This document shows, piece by piece, positions 37,192 through 46,347 of a DNA stretch of 64,000 bases (position 1 is the first letter of the stretch; every line of letters starts with the position of its first letter). Source of the DNA: Candidatus Colwellbacteria bacterium (GTDB taxonomy: Bacteria > Patescibacteriota > Minisyncoccia > UBA6257 > Colwellbacteraceae); the NCBI GenBank assembly GCA_016176525.1, contig JACOWZ010000003.1, positions 537,925 through 601,924 on the forward strand, in the 5' to 3' direction. The notes beneath the pieces are model-generated. The model was not told the origin of the DNA and searched no databases. It saw nothing but the letters and a program-made list of their open reading frames with translations. Made by a program: the position numbers and the translations under genes.

Positions 37192-38533
37192 GGACTGTAT
37201 CTACTTCTTGGAAACTTACTTTCTCTTTGTTGAAACGCAGTTTTACAACCCCGAGCGGGCCGTTTCTGTGCTTTGCAACTATAATATCGACAATATCCTG
37301 CTCTTCGGCCGATACATCAGATCTGTCGCGATTCTTAGGGTGAATAAATATAACAACATCTGCATCCTGCTCTATAGAGCCAGACTCGCGAAGGTCGGAG
37401 AGCCGAGGCAGTTTATTGTCTCTTTGCTCAACACCACGCGATAACTGCGAAATTGCAATAAGTGGCACATCTAGTTCGCGTGCCAAACCCTTTAACCCGC
37501 GCGAAATTTCTGTAATCTGCTGAACCGTGCTGTCAAAATTGCCGCGTGGCTGGATAAGCTGCAAGTAATCCACTACAAGCAAGTCCAACCTACCTTGCTC
37601 TGCCTGCAGGCGCCTTGCCATAGAGCGCATTTGCACAATATTTGGAGACGGCGTGTCGTCTATAAAAATCTTAGCCTCGCTTAGCTTGTTTAAGGCCTCT
37701 TGTATCATGCCAAACTCATTTTCGTTTCTTAACCTGCCTGTGCGGAGTTTCCAAAGGTCAACTTTCGCCTCGGCGGCAATAAACCTGTCTATAACCTGTT
37801 CGCCAGACATCTCCAAAGAAAAAATTCCAACAACAGCCCCATTTTTTATTGCAACATTGCGCGCAATGTCGAGCGCAAAAGTTGTTTTGCCGTAAGATGG
37901 CCGAGCGCCAATAATTATAAGATCTGACCTTTGGAAACCGGACAAGATATTGTCTAACTGCGTAAAATTGGTTGAAAGGCCGCGCAACCTTTCGCCCTCG
38001 CCTTGATGCAGTTTTTCTATGCGAGCGTAGGCATCTTTTAACTCTTCGCGAAGTGGAATAAAATTTTTGGCTATTGACCTTTGCGAAATTGCAAAAATTC
38101 TTTTTTCAACAGAGTCCAATATGTTTTCTAAGTCTTCTTCGGAAAAAGCGTGGTCTGTAACTTCCGCTGAGGCTCTAATAAGCTCGCGCAAAATTCTTTT
38201 TTCTTTTACAACTTTTGCATAGTGCGAAACATGGGATGCGGTTGGCACAGAGTTAATAGTTTCTGTTAGATAACTAGAACCGCCTGCTTCGGTTAGTTTG
38301 TTCATCTTCTTTAGCTCCGATGTAACGCTTAAAACATCAATCGGCTCGTGCCTATTCCAAAGGCGCTGAATGCTTTCGTATATTATTTCGTTTGATCTTT
38401 TATAAAAGTCATCCGACTGCAACAGGTCGCCCACCGCGTAGATAGCGTCTTTATCTATCATCAATGCACCAAGCACCGACTGCTCGGCTTCTAGATCGTG
38501 CGGGGGTGTTTTTACGTCTTTTTGTTTAGCCAT
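37163..38533 (-). CDS. dnaB: Replicative DNA helicase
   Basis: EAEQSVLG, GARPSYGKT, FSLEM, VDYLQL, SQLSR, SDLRESGSIEQDAD, KHRNG. Confidence 0.98.
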   Translation of the reverse strand: MAKQKDVKTPPHDLEAEQSVLGALMIDKDAIYAVGDLLQSDDFYKRSNEIIYESIQRLWNRHEPIDVLSVTSELKKMNKLTEAGGSSYLTETINSVPTASHVSHYAKVVKEKRILRELIRASAEVTDHAFSEEDLENILDSVEKRIFAISQRSIAKNFIPLREELKDAYARIEKLHQGEGERLRGLSTNFTQLDNILSGFQRSDLIIIGARPSYGKTTFALDIARNVAIKNGAVVGIFSLEMSGEQVIDRFIAAEAKVDLWKLRTGRLRNENEFGMIQEALNKLSEAKIFIDDTPSPNIVQMRSMARRLQAEQGRLDLLVVDYLQLIQPRGNFDSTVQQITEISRGLKGLARELDVPLIAISQLSRGVEQRDNKLPRLSDLRESGSIEQDADVVIFIHPKNRDRSDVSAEEQDIVDIIVAKHRNGPLGVVKLRFNKEKVSFQEVDTVHEEQYAGVS

Positions 38534-39900
38534 GTGCCTAGTGGAGTATCTTCTACCATATATCCTAACCCTTCTATTTGCTTCCGCAAAGCGTCGGCCT
38601 GAATAAACTGTTTATTATCCCTTAGCTTATCTCTCTGCAGTGCCATTTTTGCAGCTTTTGAACTAATTTTTCTAAATCCCAGACCCTCTATGCCATAGAG
38701 TTCTAGCTTGTTTTCTATAAATTTAGCCGCGCGTTTTGCATCTTTTTTGGAAATCTGCCAAATTACGTTTTGTAAGCCGGCTACAAATGAGAAAAGCGCA
38801 CTAACAGCGCCAGGAGTGTTAAAATCATCTTCCATTGCGCTTATAAAATCGCTTTCTGCTTTCTCCAATAACACCCTAAACTCGGCGCTAGAAGCACTCG
38901 CCTTGTTTTTTTCTGCCACAAACCGCGCCTTGCGTACAAACTCGCGGAGAGTTTCTAGGCCCGCACTAGATTGGGCAATAAGCGCATCCGTAAAATCAAT
39001 CGGTTGGCGATAGTGCGCGCCCAAAAAGAGCCACCTCAAAACTTCTGGCGGATATTTAGATAAAAACTCTGTAATAGAAATAAAATTACCCAAACTTTTA
39101 GACATCTTCTTGCTATTGATATTTAGCAGGCCAGAATGCATCCAAACTTTTACAAATGGCTTTTTGTCGCTTGCGGCTTCCGCTTGGGCGATTTCTGCCT
39201 CGTGGTGCGGGAATTTTAAGTCTAGTCCCCCGCCGTGCAAATCGTATTGAGGGCCAAAAACCTTATTTGTTATCGCAGTGTCTTCTATGTGCCACCCGGG
39301 GCGGCCTTCGCCTAGCTCTGTTTTCCAAGACGGTTCGCCTTCTTTAGAAAATTTCCATAATGCGAAGTCGCCCTTGTTGTGTTTGTTTACACTCTCATCA
39401 ATGCGCGAAACAGAATCTTCTGCCTGTTCCGCGGTTCTACCAGAAAGCTTGCCGTAGTCTTTAAACTTGGCGATATCAAAATAATAGCCATCTTTAGCTT
39501 TGTACGCATAGCCTTTTTTAATAAGGGTTTTAACTTGTTTTACAATAGCCGAAATATATTTTGTAGCCGGAGCGTATTTATCAACCTCTATTACACCTAG
39601 TTTTTGCATAGCAGACAAATACTCTCTGGTATATTTTTGCGCTAACTTTTGCGGCTGCACACCAAGCTCCGAGGCACGCTTTATTATTTTGTCGTCAATG
39701 TCTGTTATGTTCTGTAAATAATAAAGCTTGTACCCCTTAGAGCGAAGATATCGGGCTATAACATCAAACGTAATATACACACGCGCATGGCCTATGTGCG
39801 GGCTGTCGTAGACCGTGGGTCCGCAAACAAATAGCTTTAAGGTTTTTCTAGTCTTTTTTAGCTCTTCTTTTTTCCGAGAGAGAGTGTTGTAGATATACAT
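38512..39900 (-). CDS. cysS: Cysteinyl-tRNA synthetase
   Basis: CGPTVY, HIGH, GRPGWHIE, FPHHEAE, KMSKS. Confidence 0.98.
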   Translation of the reverse strand: MYIYNTLSRKKEELKKTRKTLKLFVCGPTVYDSPHIGHARVYITFDVIARYLRSKGYKLYYLQNITDIDDKIIKRASELGVQPQKLAQKYTREYLSAMQKLGVIEVDKYAPATKYISAIVKQVKTLIKKGYAYKAKDGYYFDIAKFKDYGKLSGRTAEQAEDSVSRIDESVNKHNKGDFALWKFSKEGEPSWKTELGEGRPGWHIEDTAITNKVFGPQYDLHGGGLDLKFPHHEAEIAQAEAASDKKPFVKVWMHSGLLNINSKKMSKSLGNFISITEFLSKYPPEVLRWLFLGAHYRQPIDFTDALIAQSSAGLETLREFVRKARFVAEKNKASASSAEFRVLLEKAESDFISAMEDDFNTPGAVSALFSFVAGLQNVIWQISKKDAKRAAKFIENKLELYGIEGLGFRKISSKAAKMALQRDKLRDNKQFIQADALRKQIEGLGYMVEDTPLGTWLNKKT

Positions 39901-39983
39901 GGTAATTGTAAGTATACCCTAGCACTAAATTCTACTCCAAATTCTACCCCACTAATTTCCTTGCTATAGAATTAAGAATTAGT

Positions 39984-40011
39984 CAGGTGTTATGATCAAT
40001 CATAACACCTG
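39984..40011. repeat. GVMINHNT palindrome family, intergenic copy
   Basis: CAGGTGTTATGATCAATCATAACACCTG. Confidence 0.85.
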
Positions 40012-40069
40012 TGGTTAATAATAACTTGTAGAAAATAAAAAGCCTCGCGCCGATTCTGGTCGGAGGGCA

Positions 40070-40098
40070 AAATCTCCGCGTTAGGCGGAGATTTTTGT
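40070..40098 (-). terminator. Hairpin overlapping the rplU stop codon
   Basis: AAAATCTCCGC-gttag-GCGGAGATTTT. Confidence 0.5.
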
Positions 40099-40389
40099 GA
40101 TTTCTACTTCTGTAAATGCTTGGCGGTGGCCTTTCTTTTTGCGATAGCGGGTTTTGGAGTGGTATTTAAAAACTATAACCTTTCTGGATCTCCCCTGCCG
40201 CAAAATTTTACCCTCCACTTTAACGCCATCCAAATACGGCATACCTAATTTAGGTTTGCCTTCGTCTGGCGCAACAAGTAAAACTTTATCAAACTTAATA
40301 GCGCCCTCACCGGCTAGTTTTTCAACTTTTATTTTATCCCCGGGAGAAACCAAATATTGCTTGCTCCCAGATTCAATTACTGCAAACAT
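40081..40389 (-). CDS. rplU: 50S ribosomal protein L21
   Basis: MFAVIESGSKQY, KKGHRQ. Confidence 0.97.
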   Translation of the reverse strand: MFAVIESGSKQYLVSPGDKIKVEKLAGEGAIKFDKVLLVAPDEGKPKLGMPYLDGVKVEGKILRQGRSRKVIVFKYHSKTRYRKKKGHRQAFTEVEITKISA

Positions 40390-40399
40390 GGGCTAAATA

Positions 40400-41821
40400 C
40401 TACTCTATCACCTTTGCCTCGTCAAGAATGTCGGCCGAATCTGGCTTGTAAAACTTAAGTGGCACCGCGTTTGCCTCCCAAGCGGCTATTATTGGGTCAA
40501 TAAACCTCCACATAGCCCGCACTTCTTCTGTTGAAGTAAAAAGAGTTTGGTCTCCATAAATGCAATCTAAAAGCAGTTTTTCGTATTCACTGACGGTGCC
40601 GTTGCCGTTTTCGCGCAAAGCAAGCTTAATACTCTTATCTTCTAGCTCAAATTTATAGCCAATTTTCTTTATACCCATATGTATATTTATTTCTTCTTTG
40701 GGGGCAAGAGAAAATACAATGCTATTTCTATGCGGGGCTCTGCCTGCACACAAACATTCGCTAGGATGCTTAAAATTAACCGTTATGTCTTTAGTGTCTT
40801 TGCCGAGCCGCTTGCCCGACTCTAAATAAAACGGCACACCTTTAAACTTAGGAGATTTAATATAGGTTTTTATCTTAAAATATGTTTCTCTTGTAGAGTC
40901 CGGCCGCACGCCGAGGATTTGCTTATACCCTTCGTACTGCGCCCTAAAAGTATTTTTGCGAATATATTCGGCATCCGGCGCTACTATAGAGCTTAATATC
41001 TTGCGTCTATTGTTGCGTATTGCGCGCGCATCCATTTTTTGCGGATGTTCCATAGCAACAAGAGCAAGCATTTGCAGCAAATGATTTTGGCCAAAATCTC
41101 TTAAGGCGCCTGTGTCGTCATAAAACCCGCCTCGCTTTTCTACACCAACATCCTCCAATGCCCTTATGTAGACAGACTCGATATGGTTTCTGTTCCAATT
41201 TGACTCAAATATGCTGTTTGAGAACCTAAAGCTCAACACACTTTGAACCATTTCTTTCGCCAGATAGTGGTCTATTCTGTATATTTGCTCATCTGAAAAA
41301 AGCCGCGCAAGAAGCCGGTCTAATTTCCTGGATGTTTTAAGGTTTCTGCCAAATGGCTTTTCTACCAATATCTTTGTCTTTGCCGAGCCTTTGTGTGTTC
41401 TTAAATGCGTGTAAGAAGACGACAAATTTAAAAGAATATCTTCGTAGTGCAATGGGGGCACAGCCAAATAAAAAAGCTTGTTTGAATCTTCCTGAAATCC
41501 TTTATCTATTTCTTTGAGTACAGAAATTAAGGCTTTATAATCTTTTTTATTTTCAAAATTGCCTTTTTGGTAAGAAAAAAGCCTTATAAACGAAGGCCAT
41601 TTATCGCTTATCATAAGCGAGGAGCTGTGCTCTTCGTGCATCTTAGCTACGTGGTTTCTAAACTGTTCCAAATCCATATCGGTTCTTGAAAAACCGACTA
41701 CCCTAAACTTATCTGGCAAAAGCTCCCTGTCGTAAAGCTCAAAAAGGGCCGGGAGTATTTTTCTCGCTACCAAATTGCCGGTTGCGCCGAAAAGCACTAA
41801 AGTTGTTGGGATGTTTTTCAT
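40400..41821 (-). CDS. zwf: Glucose-6-phosphate 1-dehydrogenase
   Basis: FGATGNL, YLAVPP, EKPFG, RIDHYLAKE, QNHLLQ. Confidence 0.96.
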   Translation of the reverse strand: MKNIPTTLVLFGATGNLVARKILPALFELYDRELLPDKFRVVGFSRTDMDLEQFRNHVAKMHEEHSSSLMISDKWPSFIRLFSYQKGNFENKKDYKALISVLKEIDKGFQEDSNKLFYLAVPPLHYEDILLNLSSSYTHLRTHKGSAKTKILVEKPFGRNLKTSRKLDRLLARLFSDEQIYRIDHYLAKEMVQSVLSFRFSNSIFESNWNRNHIESVYIRALEDVGVEKRGGFYDDTGALRDFGQNHLLQMLALVAMEHPQKMDARAIRNNRRKILSSIVAPDAEYIRKNTFRAQYEGYKQILGVRPDSTRETYFKIKTYIKSPKFKGVPFYLESGKRLGKDTKDITVNFKHPSECLCAGRAPHRNSIVFSLAPKEEINIHMGIKKIGYKFELEDKSIKLALRENGNGTVSEYEKLLLDCIYGDQTLFTSTEEVRAMWRFIDPIIAAWEANAVPLKFYKPDSADILDEAKVIE

Positions 41822-41825
41822 CGCT

Positions 41826-42530
41826 TCATTGCGGAATATCAGTAAACACCTTTACATTTTTCATCTCGCGCATAATCCTAGCGGGCGCTTCGTTTAAGGA
41901 ACCTTCTGAAATTAGTTTATTAAGCGCATCTTTCTTGGTGGCCCCGCGCACATAGACTACCCCTCCATCTATTTTATCGCGCATAAAAGTAGCACTAACC
42001 GTCGCCCTTTGTGGATAAACATTTTTTTCGCCCGCATCGTAACCAACCACCCAACTTTTGGAGAGAAGGGCCTCCGAGTACGGCATTATACCCGCCGTAT
42101 GAGCATCTGGGCCAACACCTATAACTGCAATAATTTTGCCAGCCGGATGCAGTTTTACCCAAGACTTAAGCTCGGAATCAAGGCGCGTAGAAAAACCCTG
42201 CAGGGTTTCGCTCTCTTTCGGCACTGTACTTATAAACTTTGTGCCGCGCGCAATAGCTACCTTGCAAAACATAGTTTCTGAAAATTGTGCGAAGTTGTTG
42301 ACGTCCAGTTCCCTAGAAAATCTGTCGTCAAGCATTGTTATTGTAGTATTTTTACCAATATACTCTAGGCTAATGTCGTCTAAGAGTTCCATAGCTGAGC
42401 CGCCGGAAAGCATAAGCAAAACCGGGATATCTTTACTTTCTTTTAAAAATTGAGAAAGAGCGGCAGTCGCTCTTTCCCGTAATTTTTCTAGGTTATCAAT
42501 TCTTACAATCTCCGGTACGTGGCCAGGCAT
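41826..42530 (-). CDS. 6-phosphogluconolactonase-like protein
   Basis: LSGGS, DDRF, GVGPDAHTAG; adjacent to zwf. Confidence 0.75.
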   Translation of the reverse strand: MPGHVPEIVRIDNLEKLRERATAALSQFLKESKDIPVLLMLSGGSAMELLDDISLEYIGKNTTITMLDDRFSRELDVNNFAQFSETMFCKVAIARGTKFISTVPKESETLQGFSTRLDSELKSWVKLHPAGKIIAVIGVGPDAHTAGIMPYSEALLSKSWVVGYDAGEKNVYPQRATVSATFMRDKIDGGVVYVRGATKKDALNKLISEGSLNEAPARIMREMKNVKVFTDIPQ

Positions 42531-42865
42531 TAGTTTAAATATAAAACCATAGACATTGAAATTGCAACAATTAATGCTAATAGAACCGTAAAGAATGCAA
42601 TTGCATAAGACAAAAATTTCTTCCTATAAAAAAACTCGTAAGTTAAAACAAGATTAATAAAAATAATCGCCGATGTTATCCACAGAACAGACTTTATTGC
42701 ATAGATGCTATGAGTTACAGGCAAGCCCTCGGAAGTGTAATTTATTATAAAGTCTCCGCCACGAGCTGTTAGGCCTCCAAGGCCTATAAAAAGAGCTATA
42801 AGCCAAAAGGCAATGCTTACAAGCGCCGCAGAAACAATAACCGGATCCTTTATGATAGGCATCAC
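42530..42865 (-). CDS. Hypothetical 3-TM membrane protein
   Basis: 111-aa hydrophobic ORF coupled to the downstream gene. Confidence 0.65.
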   Translation of the reverse strand: MMPIIKDPVIVSAALVSIAFWLIALFIGLGGLTARGGDFIINYTSEGLPVTHSIYAIKSVLWITSAIIFINLVLTYEFFYRKKFLSYAIAFFTVLLALIVAISMSMVLYLN

Positions 42866-42907
42866 AACTTGAATAATATCAAAGCTGGCAATAAAATAAA
42901 ACTTCTA

Positions 42908-42980
42908 GCTCCTATCGTCTAGAGGCCTAGGACGCTGCCCTCTCACGGCAGAAACTCGGGTTCAAATCCCGATGGGAGCG
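42908..42980 (+). tRNA. tRNA-Glu(CTC)
   Basis: GCTCCTA/TGGGAGC acceptor stem, anticodon loop CTCTCAC, GGTTCAAATCC T-arm. Confidence 0.95.
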
Positions 42981-44549
42981 CTAATTATCTATTCTATCTG
43001 GCGGCACGTTGTAGTAGTTTAGTATAAATTGCGCGAGGTCGCGGAATGCGGGCACAACGCTTAATCCTGCAAGCGGCGCTCCAGCTGGCTTATCTAGTTT
43101 TATAAGGATAGTAAAACGCGGGTCGTAAGCCGGCGCAAAACCAACAAAGCTGTTTATAACATCATCTGAATATCCGCCTTTGCCTGGAATTTGCGCGGTG
43201 CCAGTTTTGCCTGCAACAGTGTAGCCAGAAATTTTGGCAACCTGCGCGCCGTCAACGGCTTTAACCATCATATCTGCGACTTTAAGGCTTGTTTGTAAAG
43301 ATATGACTCTCTCCACGCGCTCTGGTTTTAAGTCTGTATTAACATATGGCTTCATCATTACTCCTTTATTTGCTATTGCAGATACGGCAGTGATTAAAGA
43401 TATGGGCGTAACCGATATGCCCTGCCCGAAAGATGCGGTTGCAAAGTTTATGTCTCTAGTATTTGATTCTAAATTTCTTATACTGCCTGCAACCTCGCCC
43501 GGCAAGTCTATACCAGTTTCTTTGTTAAAACGGAATTTAGTGAGATATTCATAAAAAATTTCATGCCCCATAGTGCGCTCCGCAAACGCGGTGCCTGTGT
43601 TTAGAGATTTGCCTAGAACTTCTATCATAGTAACCCTGTCGTGGGCTTTATTGTCCCAGTTTTTTATCGTCCGTCCGTTTAATGTTAATTCACCCGTATC
43701 AACAAAGGCAGTCTCTGGTGTAATTTTTCCGGAATCAATGCCAGCAGCCATAGTTATAACCTTAAAAGCGGAGCCTGGCTCGTAAACCGACTGAACGGCA
43801 GGGTTTAAAAAGTTTTTTAATGGATACTCGCCATATTTGTTCGGGTTAAAGCCGGGTGCGCTTGCAAGCGCAAGAATCGCACCGGTCTTAGGGTCTTGCA
43901 CTATTACCGTGCCTCCCTCTGCGCTAAATTTTTGAATTAAACCGCCCAAAACAGCTTCTGCTTGGGCTTGTATGTCTTTATCTACAGTAAGCCTAATATT
44001 ATCGCCCGTTAGCGTTTCGTTATAGCGCGCTTCTACTCCATACGCTCCGCCGGGGTTCTCATTATCAATAGAAACAAAGCCAAGCAGGTGCGAAGCAGAG
44101 GTTCCAAATGGATAAAATCTATATGTTTCGTAAGCTACGCTTATTCCTTTTAATTCTTGTAAAGAAAGAGCTGATAATTGGTCCTCATTAACTCTTTTTA
44201 ATATAGGTTCAAATGGGTCGCTTGAATCCTTAAGTTTTTCTCCTAAGTCTTCTGCAGAAATCCCGGTAATTAAAGACAAAGCTGTAGCGGTTTCTTTTAC
44301 ATCATCAATTTTTCGATTATCAGAATAAATAAGCGGATAATCTCTGTTCATTGCCGCTGGCAGGTAATTGCCGTTTTTATCCGCAAGGTAAATTATGCCA
44401 CGGGGCGGCAAAATATTTTCAGGCGAGAGAGATGCGGCGCGCGCGCCGTAATAGTCCCCCTCTTTAATTTGAAGTTTATAAACATTAATACCCAAAGCCG
44501 CGAAGGCAACGCTAAAAACAGCAATCAGCGCTCCGATGCGAAAACCCAT
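42981..44549 (-). CDS. ftsI: Class B penicillin-binding protein (FtsI-like)
   Basis: EPGSAFK (SxxK), SLN (SxN), KTGTAQ; follows mraZ-rsmH-ftsL. Confidence 0.88.
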   Translation of the reverse strand: MGFRIGALIAVFSVAFAALGINVYKLQIKEGDYYGARAASLSPENILPPRGIIYLADKNGNYLPAAMNRDYPLIYSDNRKIDDVKETATALSLITGISAEDLGEKLKDSSDPFEPILKRVNEDQLSALSLQELKGISVAYETYRFYPFGTSASHLLGFVSIDNENPGGAYGVEARYNETLTGDNIRLTVDKDIQAQAEAVLGGLIQKFSAEGGTVIVQDPKTGAILALASAPGFNPNKYGEYPLKNFLNPAVQSVYEPGSAFKVITMAAGIDSGKITPETAFVDTGELTLNGRTIKNWDNKAHDRVTMIEVLGKSLNTGTAFAERTMGHEIFYEYLTKFRFNKETGIDLPGEVAGSIRNLESNTRDINFATASFGQGISVTPISLITAVSAIANKGVMMKPYVNTDLKPERVERVISLQTSLKVADMMVKAVDGAQVAKISGYTVAGKTGTAQIPGKGGYSDDVINSFVGFAPAYDPRFTILIKLDKPAGAPLAGLSVVPAFRDLAQFILNYYNVPPDRIDN

Positions 44550-44821
44550 GTTGGATTCTTATCTTTTATAAAACCGTTATCTATTGCAAGGCGTTCCATA
44601 TTTTCTTGGCTTAATATATATGATAGCGCATTTTGCGCTTCGGCAATATCTAATTTCGCTTCTTCTATCTCTTCGCCTTGCATAGCTATCTCATGCGCCA
44701 AACTTGTGGTTTCTGAATAAACCCAAATTTCGGCGACTAAAAATCCTACAAATATCAAAGCAAACAGGTATAGTATCCCTTTTAGGCTATTTTTATTTTT
44801 ATTTGGTTGTATAACTGTCAT
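44525..44821 (-). CDS. FtsL-like bitopic cell-division protein
   Basis: TM plus coiled coil; located between rsmH and ftsI. Confidence 0.6.
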   Translation of the reverse strand: MTVIQPNKNKNSLKGILYLFALIFVGFLVAEIWVYSETTSLAHEIAMQGEEIEEAKLDIAEAQNALSYILSQENMERLAIDNGFIKDKNPTWVFASER

Positions 44822-44829
44822 GTTTTAGT

Positions 44830-45711
44830 TTAGATAATTTTGATGGCGCGTAGCTTCGCAGAACGACTGCGTAGGTTTGCCGTAATTTCTTTTTCTTCTG
44901 GAATAACTGGTTTTTTGGTAAGTAGCTTAGCTTTGGCGTTCTCTTCCATCTCTATAAATGCATCCTTTACCAACCTGTCTTCTAGAGAATGGAACGTTAT
45001 AATCACAACTCTTCCGCCAACGGCCATAATTTTCTCCAAGTTCGTGAGAATCCGCTCTAAATTATCCAGTTCGCTGTTTACATATATGCGAAGCGCCTGG
45101 AAAACTCTTGCCACAACACCTGCCTCCCCTTTTTTAAAAAATTTAGGTATTGCCCCTTTAATCACTTCTTTCAGTTGGCCAGCAGTAAGTATTCTTTCTT
45201 TCTTACGCTCCCTTACAATTTCGGCTGCAATTTGTCGCGAGAATCTCTCTTCGCCTAAATTCCATAAGATATCGGCAAGCTCATCCTCGCGCAGGCTGTT
45301 TATAATTTCTGCAGCGGTTTTAATTCCTTCGGTTTTGGAATATCTCATATCAAGCGGTTCCGCGTCGTTTTTATAGCTAAAACCTCTGCCCGCCTCAAGC
45401 TGCCCCGAAGAAAACCCTAGATCTAGCAGTAACCCGTCTGCCTTACCTAACTTTTCTCTTTCCAAGATTTCTGGTAAATCTGCGTAATTTCCGTGGGCGA
45501 AAATAGTTTGTAGTTTATAGTTTTTAGTTTTTAGTTTTGTGATCATGCTTTCATCCCAATCAATTCCTAGAAACTTTCCACTACTCCCTATTTTTTCAAG
45601 AATCGCCTCTGCGTGGCCACCACCGTTAACAGTGGCGTCTATCATAAATTCTCCCGGCTTCGGCACAAGACATTTCAAAACCTCATTTAAAAGAACAGGA
45701 ATATGCATCAA
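44830..45711 (-). CDS. rsmH: 16S rRNA m4C1402 methyltransferase
   Basis: HIPVLLNE, GGGHA, DLGFSS, PLDMR, FQALRI, FHSLEDR, SRSAKLR. Confidence 0.97.
   Translation of the reverse strand: MMHIPVLLNEVLKCLVPKPGEFMIDATVNGGGHAEAILEKIGSSGKFLGIDWDESMITKLKTKNYKLQTIFAHGNYADLPEILEREKLGKADGLLLDLGFSSGQLEAGRGFSYKNDAEPLDMRYSKTEGIKTAAEIINSLREDELADILWNLGEERFSRQIAAEIVRERKKERILTAGQLKEVIKGAIPKFFKKGEAGVVARVFQALRIYVNSELDNLERILTNLEKIMAVGGRVVIITFHSLEDRLVKDAFIEMEENAKAKLLTKKPVIPEEKEITANLRSRSAKLRAIKII
45504..45538. repeat. 7-nt tandem array (TAGTTTN x5) in frame within rsmH
   Basis: tagtttg tagttta tagtttt tagtttt tagtttt; encodes KLKTKNYKLQT. Confidence 0.85.
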
Positions 45712-46142
45712 ATTCCGAGTTCTCCAAGCTTCTCTGCTATTTCTTCCGAACTGCCTTCAGATTTTGACTTGTAGCGCTCCCATTCTTCTGCATCCCAAAT
45801 TTCCATTCTGTTGTAAACGCCGGTAATTTTTGTGTTTTTCTTTAGCCCTGAATATTTGCGCAAATAATCCGGAATTAAAATTCTCCCCTGCGAGTCCAGC
45901 TCCACATCTGCCGCGCCAGAGAGCATAAGCCGCACAAATGCGCGTGAATTTGCTTGCGACAAAGGCAAGGCAACAAGCTTTTGCGCAAGTGCCTCCCAAT
46001 CTTTGCTTGTAAAAACAAAGAGGCAATGGTCTATGCCTCTTGTAATAATTGCTCCGCCCACGAGCTTACCCCTAAATTTGGCGGGTATCGCTACTCGTCC
46101 TTTCTGGTCTATATTGTGTTGGTATTCGCCTAGAAAGCTCAT
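45708..46142 (-). CDS. mraZ: Transcriptional regulator MraZ
   Basis: FLGEY.HNIDQKGRVAIPAKFR, DSQGRILIP, EIW. Confidence 0.96.
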   Translation of the reverse strand: MSFLGEYQHNIDQKGRVAIPAKFRGKLVGGAIITRGIDHCLFVFTSKDWEALAQKLVALPLSQANSRAFVRLMLSGAADVELDSQGRILIPDYLRKYSGLKKNTKITGVYNRMEIWDAEEWERYKSKSEGSSEEIAEKLGELGI

Positions 46143-46153
46143 AGTTATTATAG

Positions 46154-46203
46154 TTATCCACAGAAAAGAGGGGTTTTCCACATACTTATCCACAATTCCC
46201 CAC
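46154..46203. promoter_or_regulatory. CCAC/GTGG repeats upstream of mraZ (MraZ boxes that also match DnaA boxes)
   Basis: TTATCCACA 46154, TTTTCCACA 46174, TTATCCACA 46186, CCAC 46200. Confidence 0.55.
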
Positions 46204-46347
46204 TTTTCATACATTATAACGTTAAATCACCCACAAAAGCAACATATAGACTATGTGTACAAGTAGAGCTCTCCAAACCCAGAGAGTTGACAATAGTGTT
46301 GCTTTATTATATAAAGCTGGTACCTCGCGAAGCGAGGCGGTGCAGAA

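Noticed and set aside
46143..46347. oriC
   Set aside because: Only three DnaA-like boxes, explainable as MraZ sites; no dnaA/dnaN nearby and no switch in gene-strand bias across this point.
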